A DNA stretch of 64,000 nucleotides from Phoronis australis (lineage: Eukaryota; Animalia; Phoronida), in contig NMRA01000267.1 in the NCBI GenBank assembly GCA_002633005.1, positions 286,464 to 350,463 on the forward strand, read 5' to 3'. Positions within the stretch are counted from its first letter, which is position 1; each line of letters opens with the position of its first letter. Positions 12,386 to 25,597 of the stretch are shown here, piece by piece. Under the pieces are notes generated by a model, which had not been told where the DNA came from, searched no databases, and saw only the letters and a program-made list of their open reading frames with translations. Both the position numbers and the translations under genes were made by a program.

Positions 12386-12939
12386 TCCAGCCAAAATGTT
12401 ATTTAACTAGTGAGATAACTTTATGGGTTGTTACACGGTTGTATCTGCCATTCGAGGCTATAATAAACACATATAATGAGTTCGCACGAAACTAAAATGG
12501 AAAATGTCAAATGTAATTTCAAGTTCAATTTCGTATGCAAGGACTACACCTCGGAAAAACTGGACTGAGAAAACAACGATGAGGTATGGCGAGAAGAGCT
12601 TAATTGGTGTTCCTTTGATCGTCTTTTCATTAGTTGCCTAAAACTAATCAAATAGTTCTGTTATCTTAATTTGTATCCATTTCATCACGTCTGTTGCATA
12701 AACAACAAGTTTAGTCTGCTAGCAACCTGTATGATGTCACTGTTGATTCACTCGAGTTTTGCTTGGGATTTGAAATGATTTGAAGTGCTGTGACTCTTAA
12801 TTTGTCTTCCTGTCTACTGTCCACTTATAGTTCTACTCTAGAAATAAACTTGTATGCACTGTGGTTACGGTGCCATATGTTTCAAAGAATATTATTCTTT
12901 CGTCCCGTCAAAAGTACAAAATCGTCGTCGTTTTCGGAA

Positions 12940-15040
12940 TGCTTAACTGAGCATTAGAAACCCAGCTATCTTTATGAAGACTATATATTTAGTATACAGC
13001 TTTGCACCAAAGCTAACTGAGCATTAAATTATTCGCATGCAAATTATCAGGAAACTTTGTAAATACACATATCTGTATATCATCTTCATCTAGGTGAGGT
13101 ACTTGACGCGTGATATTACAACCAAAACTTTCTGGGAAAACTCGTTCTAATTTGGAAAGCAGTCTGGTGTTGTCCAGGAACATCAACAGTCTGACAATTT
13201 CCGCGGTAATCAGTTTCCGTTCCCCTGTAAAGGGAGTCAAGAACTGGCGATTCCGTAAATGCGGGAAAATTACAGTGTTTTTCCTGATTTTTTTTATCTA
13301 GAATTTTGCATTTGTAAATGCAAAATTTCAAATTTTCGGGTTAATGCAATAATGAAATAAGAATTACGTTGTTACAGAATCGACAAGTTACTAATTCTAT
13401 TCACAGTTTGAAAAAAGACGTTATTGAGGTGCATTTATAGTTGTTTATCATACATGATTCACCACAAATTGTGAAAGCCTGAATGTAATTAGGCTCCTCA
13501 AAACTCTAGATTTGCAACTAAAAGGAGATAGCCTAGCATTTCGAGAAAACGAGCTTTCTTATTATATGCACATCTTTGTTGATAACAAACCGGAACCGGG
13601 TGTGTACTCATTAGTGAATGTGAACATAATCGGGTGCAAAGGTATCCAGTCTAGCAAATTATCTTGGCACAGTAATTATACGTACATATTGAAAGTCAGA
13701 AATTACCAGGGATCTGTTTCACGAAAATAATTTGAAACGTAAGACACTTCGCAATTGCTGACAAAACTAATAATGAGTTCAGTTCAGTCCAGAATTAATT
13801 AGTGGACATTATCTCAGTTACTAGCAATTTTGTGTATGCTCTCATATAATTTGCGAGTGAGATTTAATTATTTTTCGCAAATAGTTGTGTGAAGCATTAA
13901 ACCAAATTCCTGTCTATACTGTTTACTGTTTTAATTGTATTTACTTGCTGAAGCTACTTTTTGTTGCGTTCTGACAAACACGCTGACCTTTAATTTATAG
14001 CAGCTACTATTTTGAAATTGCATAGGCTTATCTGGACGTGGGTGTTTGGGAGGATGTCATAGTTTTGCCCGACCATAGGTGTAGCGGAATTTGACCCCCT
14101 CTGCTGGTTGTCACCAACTTATCCCTTCCCCCGCTTGTCGATGAATCTTCCAGTCCCAAATTGTCCCTTACTCGGAACTGATATTTTGAGACAAAGAACA
14201 TAACCAGCGTTAAGTCTAGGCTTGGAAAGTGACTCAAAAGTTTAGTCAGAAACTTTGTCTTAGGTTTATTTCAGAAAAATAATTAAGTCCCATTTCAGTA
14301 AAAATTCTAAGCTCTGCTGAGATAATTTCTATAATTTCATGCATTTCACAGATTCAATGCAATTCCACACATGATGTATCAAAGAAGCTTATACGTGTAA
14401 TTTAAACCATTGGTATCTACAATCCCTCTCAAATGTTTTCATGAAGAAAAAAATAAATTCTGAACCTGTCTCTCAAAATATTTAGTTATTAATGTGAAAA
14501 ACTGAAGTATTTACACGGAACATTTTTTTCCAAAGCCAGATTGAGCTTTTAACATCGTTCCTATTTCTTCCGTCCAATTGTTGAACATGTTGCACTAATT
14601 CCCCCCTAAGGTTGGTAGAGTAGTTTTCTGTGCCCCTTTGGCCAGCACACTGAGTGAAATAAGTGCCACTGCCCAAATATGATTAAACAACCTGATCACT
14701 AAAGACTTAACTCAAGAGCACAAAATTTATAAAAATCCAAAGCAATTACATCCAATTCTGCAAATTTCACGGTTTTCATTCGCTCAAAGATAATCAAAGC
14801 ATTTCGCAGCCACCAACACGATTTTCTTAAGTTGCTACTGCTATGTCCCCAAAAGGCAGATTTCTTAAGTAAAATCAGTAAGATTATTTTTTATTTTTAA
14901 GGTAAAAATCATATCCTGAACGCATAAAGCTGTTGAGGGGTTCAGGTCTAGAGATCATTACTTGTAAATAACCAAGTTTCTGGTCGCTGTCTGCTTGGGT
15001 GAGCCCGTAAAGAGCAGAGTCAGCGCATTTATTATGCAAT
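12940..15040 (+). repeat. Older repeat block homologous to 34240-38300 (and in part 59990-61312, 17720-17880)
   Basis: Shared strings such as TGCAAATTATCAGGAAACTT, CAAACCGGAACCGGGTGT and AAGTAAAATCAGTAAGATTATT. More diverged than the main duplication. Confidence 0.8.
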
Positions 15041-15125
15041 TCTTAGCGGACAATTTTCGTCAAAAATTTTACCAGATAGTTTTCATCAAAACGGAGAAAA
15101 GAAAAATGGATTTGTGAAGACAGGA

Positions 15126-15345
15126 TTAAGTAGTAGGCCTACCAGAGCCTCTTAAAAGACATTCATCTTCGAAGTGCCTTGAACAAATGTACAAAGTCTT
15201 ATTGGTGAAACAACTGCCATTCACGTTGACACAAGAAGTTAGCTTTTCTTCCCACAGACGATTATGGGGTCTTCGGATCTTGTGGAATCTAATCCCTTTG
15301 CATTTCGCGTGTGTGGCCAAACAACCGGCCATGATTAGCAGACGA
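15126..15345 (-). pseudogene. THAP zinc-finger remnant (transposon-derived)
   Basis: ORF MAGCLATHAKCKGIRFHKI...W...LYICSRHFEDEC matches the THAP pattern C..C...FH.FP...W...ICS.HF. Confidence 0.7.
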
Positions 15346-15606
15346 CGTACTTGCCGGAAATTGCACCAGAAAATTTAGCCAGGTGTCGCCAGTGAATAAT
15401 GACGTAAGGGCTTATGCATGAGATTACAGATTTCGTCCATTGAAAGTATATGGATTTGGTGGTCCATTTACTATAGTCTATGGATGAATCAAGGTGTCAC
15501 GTGTGAAGTCTCGTTTTTACGTATCTCCGTGCCAAGTTAATGAATGTTATGAACAAGGTGGGCGATTAGGAATTGAACACAATAAAAAAACTTCAATAGT
15601 ACTTAA

Positions 15607-17325
15607 AGGAGAATGCCACCCCAAAAAACAATCTGTTTTGTATCAATTTAGATCGAGTAGTTCTGCTTGATAACGGCAGGTTCGGTTGCGTTACCTGACA
15701 CCTGACGGCCGACGGAGGTGTTGAAATTATCTAATGACGTAATTGGTTTCACACGCAGTCTGTTCAGCAACACGGGTTAAAGGTGTCAGCTTATCGCTCG
15801 AATTCATCGTTTAACACCAATAAATCAGCTAACTTCGACGTAAAACCCTTAAAAAATGCATCGAGTTCTTATAAAAACTTGTTGTTTTATTTCGCTGTTA
15901 CGGATTTACTGGTATTTGGACACACCGCAGCCTACAAAGTTCGGCAGGCCAATTTACCAAGGTCCGTAGCAGGAGTTTGGGGTCTGTTCGAATACAAATT
16001 CGAAGTATTCTTCCGTGAAATACAGAAGGAGAACCTAGATCTGTGTTGTTTATACTTGTGATTTTTTGAGTTCTAAACACACAAAAGGCTTGTTATCCCG
16101 GCCAGTGGCTCGGAACCCGATCAAGCCCGTCGCGGCCGGACTGACTCGTTATCCCGGCCAGTGGCACGGAACCAGATCAGGCCCGTCGTGGCCACCGGGA
16201 CTGGCACGAACATAAACCAGCTTGAGTTGGAAACTAAACCTCCAGTCACAAAAAGATTATAATAGTGTGCACGTAATTAATTATTTATGTGAATTAGCTC
16301 GTGACGAAACTGGAAATCTACTTACTTTTCGGGGGCCACGAAGTCGGGTTCCCCTTCCACAGACCGTCAGGGCAAAGGTTGTACAGTAACAATGATTTGA
16401 ATAATGTATTTGTGTTTCTAAATAAAGATTCCCCTAACATGTGACAATAGCATATAAAATCGAGTAATTGTTTCACAACAGCTTTCTGTCAGCAAACACT
16501 GAATTAGCATGCGCTCACACGGCCTCGGTGCTCTGTCAATTACCGTTGTTGCCGGCACCAAAAGCCGGTAACGCAGTGGTTTATTTATTGCTGGCTTCTC
16601 AAAACATTTGCACTCACGAACACTCCAAGGCATTACAAATTGTATCCAATGAGACAGACTCTGTTTCAGTTTCATATAAGCTGCATTGGTTAGGATCATT
16701 TTAGGTTGAGAATAAGTCATTTTGAAACAGAACGCAGAATAATAAACGTCTACATTTCAACTCGCCGGAGCCAATCCCGACTTAGTCAAGAGCTCATCCG
16801 ACGAAGGCTTCACAGATGGATCGTTAGGTTTTACAGGCTATCAGTTCGAACCGGAATACACTGATCAAGCAATACTAGAGAGGCGCCGTGAACATGCACA
16901 GAAGACGGAACGTATGGATAGTTCTTTGGTAAGCCGGAATTCGTCAGAGAAATCACTGTCGACGAAATGCCGGCCACAGACACGGAGATGTTTCACGTCC
17001 TCATACTTGCTATTAGCAGCATACCTTTCATTCTTCATTATCGCGAGTCACTTCCTAAGCATTTCGGGCTCTCGAAAAAGTCGAAAAAACGACATGCCCA
17101 CTTTCTTCACAGCTTCATAGTTCGAACAAGCGGGAACCGATGCACCTCAATATAGCGGCATTCACTCTGCAGACGAACCACTGACGTCGCTTCGTCGCTT
17201 CTCACCTTCCTCATAGGTTAACGCGACACCTCTCGGCAAGGTGAGGTCGACCGTATAAGAGGCGATGTGGATATAGACCGATTAAGACGGTAAAAAAGAC
17301 TAATTAAATCGGGTAGCATTCTCCT
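15607..17325 (-). mobile_element. Kolobok-type element, inverted copy with a larger internal deletion
   Basis: TTAA(15603-15606)|AGGAGAATGCCACCC...GGGTAGCATTCTCCT|TCAA. Reverse-complement homology to 178-2243 but lacking ~560-1005. Internal ~57-bp tandem duplication at 16092-16195. Confidence 0.88.
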
Positions 17326-17329
17326 TCAA

Positions 17330-17700
17330 AATGAACTGTTTTGAACTGTATCTTACTGCTACGTGAGAGTCTTATTAAAGCGTTTACTCCGTTACGTTGC
17401 TCCAAGAATTCACTTCAAGTGGAAGTGGATAGGCACGAGATAGTGGAATATTATAATAGATTATGTTTGATTTGCAATGATGGTCATGTAGAGGATGAAT
17501 GCCACTTCCTGTTGATTTGCAAGGGATATGGTGAACTTAGGTCACTTTTTTGAAAGAAGTTCAATGGAAGCACTCAACTCAAGAATCCTGTTCATACCTC
17601 CTCTAAAAGCTAATCCAGATATGTTTAGGTATTCTGCCCTTAAAATGGATTGACTGCGTGTACAAATGTGCTTGTTTAATTTCTGTTTATAGTACTTTGG
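17330..17700 (+). mobile_element. 3' fragment of a non-LTR retrotransposon (C-terminal Cys/His domain)
   Basis: ORF 17341-17553: RCSKNSLQVEVDRH...RLCLICNDGHVEDECHFLLICKGYGELR. Confidence 0.7.
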
Positions 17701-19984
17701 GCCAGAGGCCTTTGATAGGGTCAGAGATTTCGTAAGTAAAATCAGTAAGATTATTCCTAAGGTAAAAACCATACCCTAGACGCGTAACGCTTTTAACGTG
17801 TTCAGTTCTTGTTACTATTTCTCGTAACTAGCCAAGTTTCTGGTTTACCCCAAAATGTAGAGTCAGCGCATTTATGACGGGAGGGAGAGCGAAAGTGGCG
17901 GAGACACAGAAATGGGGACGCAGAAACTATGAGTACCAAACGTTTGACAAAGTCAAATTAATTCCCCATATACTACTATGTACCTTCTTATGGGCTTGAG
18001 TAAGTAGATCCGACCTGAAAAAATCATATAACCAGTGTTGTTTTCGCTTTGGGCCGCGTTGAATACTCAACTTCAAATTTATCCGCTGGATATATTTAAT
18101 TGTTGCGTGACATCAGGTGCATCGTTCAACACTAACAACGTGGCGAGTGGCACTACGACGTCATTGTTGCGTATATTCAAGTGTGGTAAATATATGATAA
18201 CAGTTTTATTACTTTTAATAGTTGCTTCCGTAAGGAAACGGGGGGAAATAACAGCTTTTCTTGTAGATTGTCTGTTGAGGTTGCCAGCTATTAGATCACG
18301 AAATCCAGCGTCAGAAACTAGTTCTGTGATTTGTTTTTCTTTCGTACGAATTCACGTGTCGTTTGTAAAGTGCAAAATCCAAGTTGAACGTCTTTAGGTT
18401 TTGTAAAGACATGTTTTTTGTCATTTCCTACGGTATTACCAAAATATTCACATAGCCTATTTTGAAAACTCTTAACATGTAGGAGCAAGAGCGTCTTGAA
18501 ATCTTTATTTTTCAACCTCCTGTGAGCTATTTTCATTTTTATTTCTGGTAAAATGATATTTTAAAAGTGATGTCCAAAAGAAGAGTTACTGACAATGAGT
18601 ATGGGCAGTTTTGATATGAAAGTTGTAAAAAGATCATTAAAATAGAAAATACCTTTCTTTTTTGTTTGTTTGTTTGTTCGTGTTTTTTCTTTGCATTTCA
18701 GATTTCCTGTTGCAACGTACAATGAAAACATAATAAAGCAAATTCATCGCTTGTCCAAATATATACATCTTTCAACTCTGTCGGTGGGCACAAGATCAAG
18801 GCAGTGTATGATAACACCATATGCCCTATGTTGGACATTTTGTATTCATTAAATTGTGTCGATCGCTTTTAGTTGTTTTTGAATGACAGTACACGAGCAG
18901 TTCTTAAAATTTGTGTGACACACGCAGCTCTGCAGAATACGGTACCCCCGGTACTGAGATGAACCAACTGGTTTACGTGGCACTTCACTGCACTGATGCT
19001 TTCCCGGAGCGCACGGTGTTTATGTAGTCTCGGCTAGTTCCACGGTAATTAAAGGAGGAAATGTGAATCCCAGAAATTATGGTTGCGCCTTTTCGGAGTG
19101 CATCTTTATACTGTTGATGACTTTTGTTTAAGATACTGCCCTGTATTCATACAGTATAAAAAACATACCGGCTAAATCGTCCAAAGATGTGTTTATTGCA
19201 CACGTATGTGCTTCAACCGATGCTAAAGCGCATGCTACTGCGTGATACCTGCATGCAGACTAGGCACGTAGGGAACCAGCGAGTAATCTCATTGGTTGCC
19301 GCCATCATTGTGTCATGGACCGTGGCGACATCTAGCGGATGTGTGTGCGCTGACGAAGTACGCGTGGCGTCAACTACCATGGCCGATTTTAGTTTGTCAA
19401 ATTCAAAATTGTGAAGCGTCTTTGTTTAAAATATTGAGCAGTGTAATGGAAAAATACGCGTAGGCAAAATATAAAGTTAATCAAGAAAAAAATTGGGCAG
19501 AAAAGATGATATAAATTACGAGATATGCATCAACAGTAAGAAGGTAACTCAGCAATCAGGGGTTAGCAGGTGAAAGTTGGTAATCGGAGGGTGGAAAGAT
19601 AAAGAACCTGGAGGATTTTGACCAGGGGTAGGCTCGGGGAGATAATAAACATAAGATAGATCTGCTGAAGATGAGGTAGGAGCAAAAACGGGGAGTGGGG
19701 CTCCCCTCAATCAAAAAGTTTGTGGGGGGAGATAGCTTCCTGGCTCCAATATTCCAGGTGTTAATATTACTTAATTAACAATTAATTATTATAAGTTTCA
19801 ACACACAAACTATGTTTTAAAATAAAATTGAAAGCGTAAATAGACTCTCCTCCCCCAACCATCAAATAATTCCTACGCCGATGTCCCAGAACTATTATAC
19901 TCTTACTCCATTCAAAGACGGGTCCAGATCTTTGTTTCGAAAATTTACACCTTACAGCATTCTACAATCAAGCAGGTGTGTCTG

Positions 19985-20416
19985 TGCCCAGTTACATGAA
20001 ACAGTCCCAAATAGCTATTCAAAAGAGGCAGATCCAGGATTTTTTTAATATGGTGGAGGAGCGTATCAAAGATTTTTTAACTGGGGTGGTCCAAGTCAAC
20101 AATTGAAAAATTTTAGATTTGATATCACTAAAGTCAATGCAAGATGGGGTCCAGACCCCTCTGACCCCCTGAGTTGCCTAAACCTTTTGCGCATTTGATT
20201 TGTTCTGTATTACGAAGTGACCTCGTTTAACCTATGACGTTTTCTAATACTATTAGTAAAAATTGAACCCTACTTATTTTCAATAATATTTAGAATTAGT
20301 CTTTAAATTAGGGACGTTGCATGAAAAGCTCCCTACTTATTTTCAATGTAGAAAACTCACAAATGCGCAGTGGATTTAGGGAACATAGTATAGTCACTGT
20401 TTCATGCAACCGGGCA
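19985..20416. mobile_element. PIF/Harbinger-like MITE with a nested GCAGATCCAGG-type repeat
   Basis: CTG|TGCCCAGTTACATGAAACAGT...ACTGTTTCATGCAACCGGGCA|CTG (3-bp CWG TSD). Nested fragment at ~20024-20170. Confidence 0.7.
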
Positions 20417-22104
20417 CTGGACCCCTAGCATGCGTGCCTTATAGTATCTGACATCAGTAGCGAATTTGGGTGGGTTGTGGGGAATGAAACTGGGGACAAC
20501 AATGCACGGAATTGAAAATCAGCTAGAGATGGAATTCCTCCCTATAGTCCAATAAACCTTCATGTATGCCCCTACAAATCAGTCGAGATGCCTATTGAAT
20601 ACACAGTCTATTTAGGGTATTTTACGATACTTTGCAGCTCTCGGTATCCATTCACGTTTTATTACATCAACTATCATCAATAAGTTAAAGACATATCCAG
20701 CTTACGTCGGCAGGCCAACTTCAAAATAATTAACAAAAATCTAAACAAACGACATGGTGACTAAATGTAACGGGGTTTCCAAGGTAATACACCGTCGTAG
20801 GGCTCACTTTGCCTATAAAAGTACACTTCCTTCAAAACTTCCCATGGAAAATTATCAAGAAGGTTACCAAACCATACAAATAATATTCATTATGCACTGA
20901 AGTCCATACCATGATAGAAAATAATTGTGCACCTTGAACTGCAGACGAACGCAGGGAACAGTAAAGACATTAAGTTCAATTCGCCCAGCTCATCACTGGT
21001 TTACTGGCAACAGCTTCACTCAAAAACATCCTTTGTTTTAAACGTGATCATCATTTATCTTAATCAGTGGGGAATCGAAAAAAGCGTAAGTCACTATTTT
21101 GCAATTAACTGTTGTTGCATCCATAGGCAGTGCAAAAGCATCGTTGCTTTTTGGCCGACCGGAGTCGTCATATCTTGCCATATACATGTATGTTTAAGCA
21201 CTCACACCCGCTAGACGTCTTTACGGTTCATGAAACAACTATGTCCTCCAGTGGCCGTTCAATGGGATTTCGCTAAATTTTTCTTCCTCTCTACGGTCTC
21301 TGTGCGGGGTCTTGATGTGGCACCGAACACTTCGGCTGCGGTCGCGGCCAATATGCACTAACAAAATATCAAAATCTAGGGCTAGGCCAGGCTTGGGAGC
21401 ATTTTGTCGTTAGGAATTGCGCGTAAGCCAAGCAAAAGTGGTTTGCTTGTATTTGTGAACATGTTGAGAATGAAAAATTACCACTTGCTGGGCTGTAGCT
21501 ACATTCCTCTTCAAGGTGGCGGCCCCCCATTGCAATTGTGCTTTGCTGGGTAGCGACTGAAAAATTGGCTGCGATTTCCTATAGCCCTCAAACAAGCCAG
21601 ATTTTCAAAAAAATAGTTGGTTAACAGTACTTTTGAACCACATTTTTGGAATCGGTAGGAAATTTGATTTCAGAATCTAATGCTAGCTTTAGTGAAGCAT
21701 TGACAAGGAAGTACTGTTTTGGGGGTGAAATGTGCCGATTTTGCGTTTTTCTGCCCCTTTTTGTTCGTCTTCCTTGCTTTTCAGTAGGAGTGAAAAGGTC
21801 AAAAATGCAAAAGAGAATAAATTTTTTGATAGACAAACCCCTGTGAGGATTGTTGTGTGCCCCTTTAGCACATTGGAAGCTCACAGTTGTGGAAACTGAC
21901 AACTTCTAGTTTAGTTAGAGGCTGTCTTAAGATTGTTAGTTTTAACAGTAAAACGTGAGTATCTACCCATGCAATATCAGGTATCACTGGATCAGACTTG
22001 TGACTCGTTGAATCGACTGGTTGAGTTTCAATTCATGTGCCGTTTAGACCGTAACCACCGTCTCTAGCTGGCTCAATTAAGGCGGCGTATCTCCTACAGA
22101 CAAT

Positions 22105-25100
22105 TGAGCTATTCGACAATATTAACCTTACTAGAGGGCGCGCGTGTACTAATGGTGACAGATTAAGCAGCGAGCCCTTTAATACATGGTGAAATGGCTT
22201 GTAGCCGTGCCAACTGAATCTGAGAATGCTCGAAAAGGTTGCTTCTATGAGAGGAAGTAAGAAAGACTTTATCGAAAGGAAAGGTTGGTGATTATTTTAA
22301 CGATAATTCCATGTTTACAATGCTGCTGCCTTTCAAATGAGGTACAGACCGATGTCGACTTCGCGGCATTCGCCTGTCGGTTTGTTGTGATGTCACGTGC
22401 ACTAGAGATCTTTTCGTACATCAAAGCAGTATTATTAATGTTGGGAATGATTTCTAACAGGTTAATCAGTGACACTTACATCAATCAATGCTGGATATCT
22501 ATGATGTCAACTCGATATTTGCTTGTGAGGTAAGATTACAATCCAAGCATACGCGACAAATATCCATTACGTCACTATTTGTTTACTCCCTATGTTTTGT
22601 CGTCAGGAAATCTTTTACACGTTGGCATGGAAATATATCATGTCTGTTTTCACCTGACCTTTGGTTTTTAGGTTTGAGCGCTAGTACCGTGCAGAGGAGA
22701 TATGCATCGCTTCTGCAACCGTCCCTGCCTTGGACAAAAGTTGGTTTTACACAGTTGACTGCAGCTAACCAGCAAGATCTTCCTATCCAGTGCAGATCTG
22801 TTGTCAAAGCCAATTTTCTATATCGGAGACAAAGAACAAAGCCTTTGAAAAGGGACAGCGACTTTTAAAGGAAGGTATGTAAATTGTTCTGTTAATTTAT
22901 TTATTCAAGTCCTTAGCGGGAGGTTGCCACAGGGGGACGGGGTTGTAAAATTTCGTGCAACTGAATGTGTGGAAATAACAATAATAGTGTCCGGGGTAAA
23001 GAGCATGGTGACGTAATTCTTAACCTTCATGAAGATATTTCAAGTTTCATGAAACTGTTTTGCTATCCATTGTAAACCCATGAAAATATGCTACATTTTT
23101 CTGAATTCTCCATGACTGAACAGTCTTAACCCTTGCCTTGAAATGGTGCAAGTCATTTATACGTACATATGATTGCCATTTTTGTGAAAATTGCATTTTT
23201 TCTGTGAACATCCGAGTGAGGTCGTATTTGAACGTATTATTCTTACCCCCAATACGCAAGCAATGAAGCCTTAGGATTTGTAATTACTGTTAAACTACAG
23301 AAAGATTTTCCATCATTTTTTAAATGACCGAAGTCTTCATATCTTCTGTTGGAAGAAAAATAAAAGTCTGAGAAACGGTTCTCTCAGTCTTAGACCACGA
23401 ATGTGCTTGACAGACCCATGAATCTGTAATCGTTTTTTTCAAAATTACTAAAAGTATCAAAAATTAAAAGGCTTGAAAATGGGTAACAAAGTTTTGAAGT
23501 TGTCTCAAATAACTTGCATATTTTGCAGACAAGTGATGTGTTTAAAAAATGGTTATGGCTATGAATGAAAAATAGAGACGCAGTTCTATACAAATCAGTA
23601 CTTGTTATATTATATACACCCTTACCTTCTGGAAATAGTAATTATTTAATTCTGTGTGAAATTGTAAAGCAGTTACCAAGAACAAGGGGAAAACTTTTGA
23701 CCCATGCTGACGTAATTAATTATTCATATTTCAATATTTGTCCCCGGTTCATTGGCATTTGTAAGGCCACTTCAAGCCGCAACAGAGACAAGATTTGATA
23801 CTCTTTTCTGTTCCCACAGCATGTCGTCCACACAGCAGCGGTACTGCATGGCACAATATACAAGCCAGTGGCCCCGGAGAAATGTAAATAGCAGTAACAT
23901 AAGTGCCAGTGGATTGTTTGCGTGTAAAGAGGGACTATATCTGACTGCTACACCAGCTAGCCTCGTTGGTGAGGATGCCCTTTCATGGGCAATGTGTCAT
24001 GTGTGGACAACAATGGCTTATTTTCTTTCCTCGAAGAAACGTGAGGAACTGAAGCTAAAGAAGACATACTAACACTCTGGTCTAGTCAAGGGTCAGATTT
24101 TGGGCACAAAGCGAGTCAAGTGATATCATGTTGTGTTTACCTTCAGTTTTAAGTTTTGCGTTAACTTGTCTATAACAAAAGTTCCACATGCAAGCAAAGT
24201 ATGTTTTCAATCGTAGCTATCTGCTTGCACAAGATTCGAGAATAAAGAGTAGCCAGTGTGTTTAAAAACAAAATGGCACACTGAACAACCACATACATAC
24301 AAAGGAACAAAATCCTATGTTAAAAATAATTGTATTTTTAATTTTTCCAATGCAACAGAGTCCATAATTAGGGATATCATGGGCTGACTTTCTGAATTGA
24401 GAGGTTCCATTCTCTCAGGTTATTGCCAAGGGACTGCTTTTAACTTTGTCGAAAGGTTTTTCACCACACCTAAAATGTGTTTCTGATCTCAACAAATAAA
24501 ATTCGTTCTAGTTGTCTATATTTATTCCATTGCAATGTTACGAATTTACTGAATAGGTCATTCATGTTAATTAGGTAACTATAATCTGGTAGTCCTGGGG
24601 TGGGGTCCGCTTTAAATTAAGGAAACTCACTCATCTAGATAATTTTATTGGACATAGAATAGTTTTCAGTTGAAGAACAACTGCTGTGAAAAAGTCACCC
24701 TTGACTTCTTAGCGCCACGTCCCATACACCTCTTATATTAGGAGTACTTCCACCCAGGACAATATGTGAATATGTGCTGCTAGCCTACCATCCGGATCCC
24801 GGGTGAGTTTCTGAAAATAAACCAGTTATTCCGTGAGGTAACTGGTGAGGATAATATCACTGAGCGATGTCGATAGAAAATAATTACCAAGTAACGTGAT
24901 CATGTAGTCTCTCAATTGAAATGCATAGAGCACACACACGGGGCGTGAGGCTTCGGCATCCTCACACTTTTTACACTTGGTTGACCCTTTTGACCGCAAT
25001 TCTCCAAGCCTGTAGTATAATTATGTCTTTTTGGAAATTTGTTGCCACCTGCCGAAGAGACCCTGGAAAATAGCAATAATATGCGACGACGTATTTTGAT

Positions 25101-25198
25101 AACAATTCCGTCTTCTTACCAGCTTTTTTCATGCAGACAGCGACTCATGCGCAATTCAATCACCACTAGTACTGCAGCGACACCGCGTCGAATATTCT
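22105..25198 (+). mobile_element. Degenerate ISL2EU-type element (inverted relative of 55957-58973)
   Basis: AT|TGAGCTATTC left end. Reverse-complement homology to 55957-58973 along its length. SAP-like ASMRGSKKDFIER (~22240). YqaJ-like SGLFACKEGLYLTATPASLVGED and VKGQILGTKR...VVFT (23900-24140). Confidence 0.75.
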
Positions 25199-25261
25199 GC
25201 TTATGTATTGGGTCAGCTACGACCGCAAGAGCAAAACTGCCACTATCGGTTATTGCATTAC

Positions 25262-25597
25262 CAAGGTACCTAAACTACACGGTCAACGGACGCATGAACA
25301 CGACTCACGGACCTGCAAACACCGTCCACTGACTCACAAACACGGTGTACAGACAAAATGAAGATGTCAGCTGACCCAGGAAGCCGATGAGTCCGTGACC
25401 CGTGTTTGGCGGTCCGTTAACCGTGTTTCCTCGTGAATATGAGTCCGTGTCCCGTGTATTTGGGTGCGTGGATCGTGTTTTGCGAGTCCGTTCCCATGTT
25501 TGTGAGTCAGTGGACGGTGTTTGCAGGTCCGTGAGTCGTGTTCATGCGTTCGTGCCCGTGTTTAGGAGTCCGTTGACCGCGTAGTTTAGGTATCTTG
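25262..25597. mobile_element. Palindromic MITE with 5-bp TSD
   Basis: ATTAC|CAAGGTACCTAAACTACACGGTCAACGGAC...GTCCGTTGACCGCGTAGTTTAGGTATCTTG|ATTAC. Arms ~85 bp; interior made of CACGG/CCGTG short repeats. Confidence 0.88.

Larger units (their letters stand above)
208..14286 (+). repeat. Segmental direct duplication, copy 1 (paralog 46115-61312)
   Basis: Colinear similarity throughout. A sampled 60-bp line (1081-1140) has 4 mismatches to copy 2. Both copies share the same nested insertions. Confidence 0.95.

Noticed and set aside
25262-25597. RAG/Transib-like element with RSS-type ends
   Set aside because: The 5-bp TSD fits, but the termini are CAAG rather than CAC and no heptamer/nonamer arrangement is seen.
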